Virus record (IMG/VR): IMGVR_UViG_3300032046_006283
Span: 1 to 64,000 of that record
DNA from: a virus
DNA length: 64,000 nucleotides
Reading direction: 5' to 3' (one strand)
In this document: in pieces, positions 58,746 to 64,000 of the stretch
How the letters are laid out: each line of letters begins with the position of its first letter
Position numbering within the stretch: position 1 is the stretch's first letter
The notes under the pieces: generated by a model
The model's database searches: none
What the model was told of the DNA's origin: nothing
Seen by the model: only the letters and a program-made list of their open reading frames with translations
Made by a program: the position numbers and the translations under genes

Positions 58746-59108
58746 TCATCTCATCATCGAATTAATTATACAAACTATTTCTTTCCAGTTATCTTCAAAT
58801 CTTATACCCCTGTCATCAATATAAACATCTGCAACTACTTTTCCTTCAATTCCTTCATCAACCTTATCAAAAGGAATATTATTTTCTCTCAAAAACTTTT
58901 CCATAATTTGTTTTTGAGCTGCTCTTTCAGTAATACTTGAATGTATCATAGCATTTGTTCTACAAGATGTAACAATAATGAAACATCCTAAATAATCTTT
59001 CAATAAATTAATACTATAAACAACATCTTCCTTCAAAGGTCCTATTTCAGGATATGTATCTTCAACTATAGTTCCATCAAAATCTATTGCAACATAAAAT
59101 GGTCTCAT
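58746..59108 (-). CDS. HAD-superfamily phosphatase
   Basis: AIDFDGTIV...YPEIG, ADVYIDDR. Confidence 0.85.
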   Translation of the reverse strand: MRPFYVAIDFDGTIVEDTYPEIGPLKEDVVYSINLLKDYLGCFIIVTSCRTNAMIHSSITERAAQKQIMEKFLRENNIPFDKVDEGIEGKVVADVYIDDRGIRFEDNWKEIVCIINSMMR

Positions 59109-59671
59109 TGTACACTCCTAACCTTATAACAAGCTTGTTGAATATTATCAAATTCTTCTGCAAAATTTTGCATTACAAACCTACTCCAAGAAGCTAAATC
59201 CAAATCTTTATCAAAATCTAAAAATCCAGTAGCCCTAACAGGACAATTTTCTCCTACTTCAATATTTAATCCTATATGTATAAGGCCTGAAACCAAAGAC
59301 TTTGTTGCAATTGAAACAGAAAACTTTTTATCATTAATAAAAATATCATCTCCTTTTCGTTCTATTGACATATCTTCCAAACTAGCTCTCCGTTGAAGAT
59401 GATCAACAATTATTGAAATAAAAAGTCTTTGAAAAGCAACTGTTTCTCTTAAAGAGGCATCAAAAATTTCAATAATAAAATGTAACATTTTTTCACTACT
59501 AATATAATCTCCGGCTAAACGATCTTCACAATCAACCAAATGTTCTCTCACTTTCGCAGGTCCTATAAAACAAACAATACTATTACCTACAAGATCATTT
59601 TCATAACCAAAAAGCGAATGCAGCTGTGTACCATCATACTTTAATTCATTTTCTAAAAATTTATATTTCAT
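59105..59671 (-). CDS. DUF366 family protein (BPL/LplA-like fold)
   Basis: YDGTQL, SIVCFIGP, MLHFIIE, RKGDDIF, KFSVSIAT, IHIGLNI. Confidence 0.8.
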   Translation of the reverse strand: MKYKFLENELKYDGTQLHSLFGYENDLVGNSIVCFIGPAKVREHLVDCEDRLAGDYISSEKMLHFIIEIFDASLRETVAFQRLFISIIVDHLQRRASLEDMSIERKGDDIFINDKKFSVSIATKSLVSGLIHIGLNIEVGENCPVRATGFLDFDKDLDLASWSRFVMQNFAEEFDNIQQACYKVRSVQ

Positions 59672-59673
59672 AT

Positions 59674-60375
59674 TTACTCCTTTTGATATTCTATTGTATC
59701 TTTTAAATTGTTTGCTTCAAACGCTGCTAACCTTTCAATACAAGCGGGACATTTACCACAAGAAGGTTTACCTTTATAACAGGAATGAGTTAAATGATAT
59801 GGAACACCTAATTTCATTCCTATATCAACGATTTCTATCTTTGTCTTTTCAACAAATGGTGTATGAATAAATACTTCCACTCCATGCGTAGAACCTAAAC
59901 TTAATGCCTTTTCTAAGCAAGTAAAGAAAGGTCTACGGCAATCTCTATATGATTCATAATCTTCTTTCACAGGAGTCATATAAATTTCAATAGGATTAAG
60001 TTCTAAAGATTCTCCGTATGCCGCTGCTAATGTAGCTAACATTACATTACGAAAAGGAACAACTGTTTGAATCTGATCTTCCATATTTTCAGGAACCTTC
60101 CAAGTATTATCTGTTAAAGCACTATGACCTATGTGAGTTAAATCAAAATTTAAAACCTTTAAATCTTTTACTACATAATCTCCATACCTTTTTTGATACT
60201 CTTCAACAACCTTTTTTGCAGCTTCCAATTCCACGACATGTTTTTGACCATAATTAACACTCAAAGAATAAATTTCACTCATTACAAATTCAAATTTAGG
60301 ATCTAACAAATAACCGAGTAAAGTTGCCGAATCCATACCACCTGATAAAAGAATTATACATCTTGGTCTTGTCAT
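59674..60375 (-). CDS. queC: 7-cyano-7-deazaguanine synthase
   Basis: LSGGMDS, NYGQKH, VPFRN, YRDCR, HSCY...CGKCPACIER. Confidence 0.95.
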   Translation of the reverse strand: MTRPRCIILLSGGMDSATLLGYLLDPKFEFVMSEIYSLSVNYGQKHVVELEAAKKVVEEYQKRYGDYVVKDLKVLNFDLTHIGHSALTDNTWKVPENMEDQIQTVVPFRNVMLATLAAAYGESLELNPIEIYMTPVKEDYESYRDCRRPFFTCLEKALSLGSTHGVEVFIHTPFVEKTKIEIVDIGMKLGVPYHLTHSCYKGKPSCGKCPACIERLAAFEANNLKDTIEYQKE

Positions 60376-60389
60376 TTTATTATTCTCCT

Positions 60390-60860
60390 TTATTTCTTAT
60401 TGTTTTCATAAGGAAATTCGATCCAACTATCTGCGTCTGCCCCTGCAATGAAATAATCAGGATCAAACTGCGAACCTCTTTTATAATATAATACACTTGT
60501 TCTAATATTATTGAACCCTTTTTCTTTATATAAATCAACTACTACCTGCATTGTCTTTCCCGTATCACATAAATCATCAATGATCAAAATTTTACTTTCT
60601 TTTGTGATATCAGGAAAGCACAAATATGAAGGTTTTCCAAGTTTTAACTTTGATTGTTTATTTTCTTTAGTATAAGAACTAGCAACAATTATGTCTAGTG
60701 GAACGTTATAAGCTTCAGATATTATAAGTCCTGGAAGAAGTCCTCCACGAGAAATCGCAACAACAAGATCAATTTCTTCTTGAGCATGAACCAACAACAT
60801 TTCTTTAAGTTTATTAATTAGTTGTAAATAATATTCCCAAGATACTTTTTCTATATTCAT
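60390..60860 (-). CDS. Purine phosphoribosyltransferase (Gpt/Hpt-like)
   Basis: AISRGGL, LIIDDLCDTGKT, WIEFPYE. Confidence 0.88.
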   Translation of the reverse strand: MNIEKVSWEYYLQLINKLKEMLLVHAQEEIDLVVAISRGGLLPGLIISEAYNVPLDIIVASSYTKENKQSKLKLGKPSYLCFPDITKESKILIIDDLCDTGKTMQVVVDLYKEKGFNNIRTSVLYYKRGSQFDPDYFIAGADADSWIEFPYENNKK

Positions 60861-61642
60861 TTATTAACCTCTAATAAACTATTTATTGTTTTTTCGCAAC
60901 ATTCTTTTTTTATATCTATAACAAAACATCTTCTACCTGTTTTTTCTGCCTCAACTAATGTAGTGCCGGATCCTACAAAAGGATCAAATATAATATCATT
61001 AATAACTGAGTACATTCGAATAAGTCTGTAAGGTATTTCATTTGGAAATGGAGACATTTTTTCATAATCTTTTTTACCTGCAATTGCCCAAATTTGAGAA
61101 AACCACTTATTTCTTTCTTCAAAAGTATAAGCACTTGCATATCTATTTTTATCTTTTGACAAAAACTTTCTAATATTTCCTTTTCTAAATAATAAAATAA
61201 ATTCACAGTCAAGAGTTACATAAGCATTAGTTGGAAGCATTCCACTCCCTAAAAAACTATTAGGTTTATTTGTTGGTTTTTTCCACAAAATATAAGGTAA
61301 AACATTAAAACCCAAATTTCTAAAATTATTCAATATTATAGAATGATTTTCCCATAATTGAAAATTATCATTAATTTTCCGTAACGCATCTCCTATATTA
61401 ATACAAACAATACCTCCTTCAATAACACTATCAAATAAACAATCCCATACTCTATTCAAATATAAATGTTGAGACTGAAAGTTTCCTTCCCAATTCCACT
61501 TTTCAAACATAGGATAAGGAGGAGATGTAACTACTAAATTAACTAAATGTGTTCCTAAAAGATATTTAATATGCGCAGGATTTGTAGCATCCCCCCACAT
61601 TACTCGATGTTTTCCATTAGTCCAAAATTCGCCAAAATTCAC
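60857..61642 (-). CDS. DNA methyltransferase (N4C/N6A, beta class)
   Basis: VTSPPY before DPFVGSGTT. Confidence 0.9.
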   Translation of the reverse strand: MNFGEFWTNGKHRVMWGDATNPAHIKYLLGTHLVNLVVTSPPYPMFEKWNWEGNFQSQHLYLNRVWDCLFDSVIEGGIVCINIGDALRKINDNFQLWENHSIILNNFRNLGFNVLPYILWKKPTNKPNSFLGSGMLPTNAYVTLDCEFILLFRKGNIRKFLSKDKNRYASAYTFEERNKWFSQIWAIAGKKDYEKMSPFPNEIPYRLIRMYSVINDIIFDPFVGSGTTLVEAEKTGRRCFVIDIKKECCEKTINSLLEVNK

Positions 61643-62304
61643 TATACACCTCTTTTGTTTCCCCAGATTATTTTATGTATTTGAAGACTAAGTTTTACAT
61701 TAAGATTATCTTTTAAAATCCATTTCGCAAGATCTTTTGGATTCAATTTTTCCCAAACCGGAGAAAACAAAATACTTCCTTTAATATTAAAATTTGTAAT
61801 AATTTTCTTAGCAAAATTATAATCATTTTTATTAGCAATTACAAATTTCACCTCATCATCTTGACGAATATCTTTTAAATTAATCCAACACATTTTTTCA
61901 GTCATTCCAGTAGAAGGACATTTTATATCCATGCTAAAAGTCACATATGCTAAATACTTTTGTATAGGAATACTTCCGTTAGTTTCAATTAAAATAAAAT
62001 ATCCATTATTATATAATTTCTCAACAAGAACAAAAGAAGTAGGATCTAACAATGGTTCTCCTCCTGAAAGTAATATATTTTTACAATTATATTTTTTTAC
62101 TTGATTTAAAATGTCATTTATTGACATTTCTTTTCCTTGATTATAAGCATATGGAGTATCACAAAAACCTTTTCCATTATAATTACAACGTAAATTACAT
62201 CCTGTAGTTCTTATAACAATAATACGAGTTCCACTAGTTTTCCCTTCGCCAGATAAAGTATAATATATTTCATTAATTTTCAATTTATCATCTTTCAATA
62301 TCAT
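61642..62304 (-). CDS. queE: 7-carboxy-7-deazaguanine synthase (radical SAM)
   Basis: EIYYTLSGEG, GCNLRC...CDTPY, GGEPL, ETNG, QIHKIIW. Confidence 0.93.
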   Translation of the reverse strand: MILKDDKLKINEIYYTLSGEGKTSGTRIIVIRTTGCNLRCNYNGKGFCDTPYAYNQGKEMSINDILNQVKKYNCKNILLSGGEPLLDPTSFVLVEKLYNNGYFILIETNGSIPIQKYLAYVTFSMDIKCPSTGMTEKMCWINLKDIRQDDEVKFVIANKNDYNFAKKIITNFNIKGSILFSPVWEKLNPKDLAKWILKDNLNVKLSLQIHKIIWGNKRGV

Positions 62305-62908
62305 TAATTACTCCTTGTTTCAACCAACTTTTTATAGGTTCAAAAGTTTTTCTATGATATGGAGTAAGTCCATATTTTTTAATTGCTTCAAGATGCTGTT
62401 TTGTACCATATCCAATATTAGTTCCCCATCTGTATACTTTATACTTTGGATTTTCGCCAACTAACTTTTTTATATATCTATCTCTTAATACTTTTGCAAT
62501 AACAGAAGCAGCCATAATTGCAGAAATTTTTGTATCCCCTTTCACAATCCATCTTTGAGATGCTTGTAACTTTTCTATATGTCCTTTTCCATCTATTAAT
62601 ACTTTATCTGGAATTCCTTTTCTTTCAATTACTTTATCAATAGCTCTTTTCATAGCTAAACGTTCTGCATAATAAATATTCAATTCTTCAATTTCCTCAA
62701 CACTCGCATGACCTATTGCAAAAGTAATTTTTAAATCTTCAATTTGTTTAAAAACTTCTTCTCTTTGTTTAAAATTTAATTTTTTTGAATCATTTAATCC
62801 TTCGATATTATATTTTTTATCCCACCATATAGCACCTGCAACGACAGAGGCTACCAAACTTCCACAGCCACAAGCATCACATCCAATTATATGTTTAAAT
62901 ATTTTCAT
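62288..62908 (-). CDS. rnhB: Ribonuclease HII (atypical first motif)
   Basis: LNDSKKL, LIDG, VKGD, AASVIAKVLRD, GYGTKQH, HRKTF. Confidence 0.88.
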   Translation of the reverse strand: MKIFKHIIGCDACGCGSLVASVVAGAIWWDKKYNIEGLNDSKKLNFKQREEVFKQIEDLKITFAIGHASVEEIEELNIYYAERLAMKRAIDKVIERKGIPDKVLIDGKGHIEKLQASQRWIVKGDTKISAIMAASVIAKVLRDRYIKKLVGENPKYKVYRWGTNIGYGTKQHLEAIKKYGLTPYHRKTFEPIKSWLKQGVINDIER

Positions 62909-63210
62909 TACCATCCATCTCCGCTATCTGGCCAAGGGTCCATCAATTCTTCTGTGGTTATTCCTAATAATCTCATCATTTGATTACTGCTCATACCCTC
63001 AGTTCCAGTATCTACTTTGATTGATTCATTTTTCCAACATTCATCTACAGAATTATTTAGATTAGTTTCTATTCCATAATTTAATTGTGCCCCTTCATAT
63101 CGCGCGTAAAATATCTTTCCAATGTCTAATTCTCCTTCCCATTGAGAAGGATACGCGCCAGAAGTTTTACGTAATTTTTTAAGTTTTAATCCAAGATTAA
63201 TTGATTCCAT
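62908..63210 (-). CDS. Hypothetical phage protein
   Basis: AYPSQWEG...FYARY. Confidence 0.55.
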   Translation of the reverse strand: MESINLGLKLKKLRKTSGAYPSQWEGELDIGKIFYARYEGAQLNYGIETNLNNSVDECWKNESIKVDTGTEGMSSNQMMRLLGITTEELMDPWPDSGDGW

Positions 63211-63223
63211 TTTTATTCTCCTT

Positions 63224-64000
63224 TTAAAAATCCCAATTTCTTTTAAAATAAGCTACTGCATTATGTGCGTGAATACTTTCAAAAGAAATAACTTTAACAC
63301 TATAACCTTTAATATTAGATATTTTATCTAGAGCAAGAGCAGTATCCCTTGCAACATCTTCTACAAACTTTGGATTCTTAAAAGAAAATTCAGTAACATA
63401 CTTTTCATCTGGTCTTTTCAGTACAGGATAAATTCCACAACTACCCATTTTTTCTAATATCGAAACAACATCTTCAATCCATAAAGGTTTTCCAACAAAG
63501 TTCAAACGTGCTGTTACAAGCGCTCTCTGATTATGTGCTCCAAATTTGCTTATTTCTTTACTGCAAGGACATAAAGTAATTATAGGAACAGATACCTCTA
63601 AATAAAACTCATATTCTTCAGAAGTTAATCGTCCAACAAAAGCACATTCATATCCTTGAATTCCAGCAACTTTTTTTACAGGTGATTCTTTCGGAATAAA
63701 ATACTTAAATTTTATACTTGCATATGAATCTTTTGTTTTAAGGCTCCTTTTTAATTCTTTCAAAAATTTCTTTAACTTTTTCGAATTCATTGTTTTATAA
63801 CGATAATTCATTAAAGTAACAGCAAAACGGCTCATATTTATACCTTTTATATCTTCTGAAAGATCACCATACATTGATACAATCGCTTGAGTATGTTGAT
63901 ATTTTCTTTTTTCTTTCCTACCTACTAATATTGGAAAACTAACATCTTCTATACCAACTCTATGAAGAGGAATTCCGCGTTCATCTTTCGTAGCTTGCAC
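63224..64000 (-). CDS. folE2: GTP cyclohydrolase FolE2 (type IB), probably 5'-truncated at the window edge
   Basis: KGINMSRF, TLCPCSKEIS..GAHNQR, LKRPDEK, NPKFVEDVAR, ESIHAHNA. Confidence 0.93.
   Translation of the reverse strand: MQATKDERGIPLHRVGIEDVSFPILVGRKEKRKYQHTQAIVSMYGDLSEDIKGINMSRFAVTLMNYRYKTMNSKKLKKFLKELKRSLKTKDSYASIKFKYFIPKESPVKKVAGIQGYECAFVGRLTSEEYEFYLEVSVPIITLCPCSKEISKFGAHNQRALVTARLNFVGKPLWIEDVVSILEKMGSCGIYPVLKRPDEKYVTEFSFKNPKFVEDVARDTALALDKISNIKGYSVKVISFESIHAHNAVAYFKRNWDF

Noticed and set aside
20328-61212. Alternative-frame minus-strand ORFs (20328-20516, 31150-31437, 35005-35193, 60973-61212)
   Set aside because: Each is nested in or overlaps a better-supported gene and has no motif.
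1-64000. Stop-codon reassignment
   Set aside because: Conserved genes are full length under the standard code, and TAA, TAG and TGA all act as stops at sensible ends.
1-64000. tRNA or rRNA genes
   Set aside because: Intergenic gaps are short and AT-rich, and I saw no cloverleaf or T-loop signature by eye. tRNAscan-SE would be needed to exclude them formally.
1-64000. Cellular chromosome origin
   Set aside because: The terminase, single-strand gene orientation, homing endonucleases and absence of ribosomal or core housekeeping operons indicate a virus.

Overview
An AT-rich, gene-dense segment with essentially every real gene on the minus strand. It reads as part of a large tailed dsDNA phage. 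The host is probably bacterial (peptidoglycan amidase, RecA, DnaG, PolA, SpoVG), although several genes belong to mainly archaeal families. In transcription order (right to left) there are five blocks. (1) A 7-deazaguanine DNA-modification and nucleotide-metabolism region: folE2, queE, queC, DUF366, PRTase, dUTPase, a TGT/DpdA-like protein beside a kinase and NDK, and an archaeal-type ArcS + RaSEA pair. (2) Replication and recombination genes: UDG-PolA fusion, RecA, SSB-like, split Rad50/SbcC, Mre11/SbcD, a primase core and a resolvase. (3) Three large mosaic proteins (~742, 1412 and 2431 aa) built from small domains separated by a recurring S-L-x-x-K-K-x-A / K-E-A-S-x-K-K-x-A linker, flanking a prkA-yeaH-spoVR operon and the terminase genes. 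(4) Two proteases, SpoVG, an amidase, Gmd and two nucleoside deoxyribosyltransferase-like genes. (5) Five free-standing homing-type endonuclease loci scattered through the window. The best candidates for novelty are the linker-punctuated polyproteins and a phage-encoded ArcS/RaSEA archaeosine route. All calls come from motif recognition by eye; no database searches were run.
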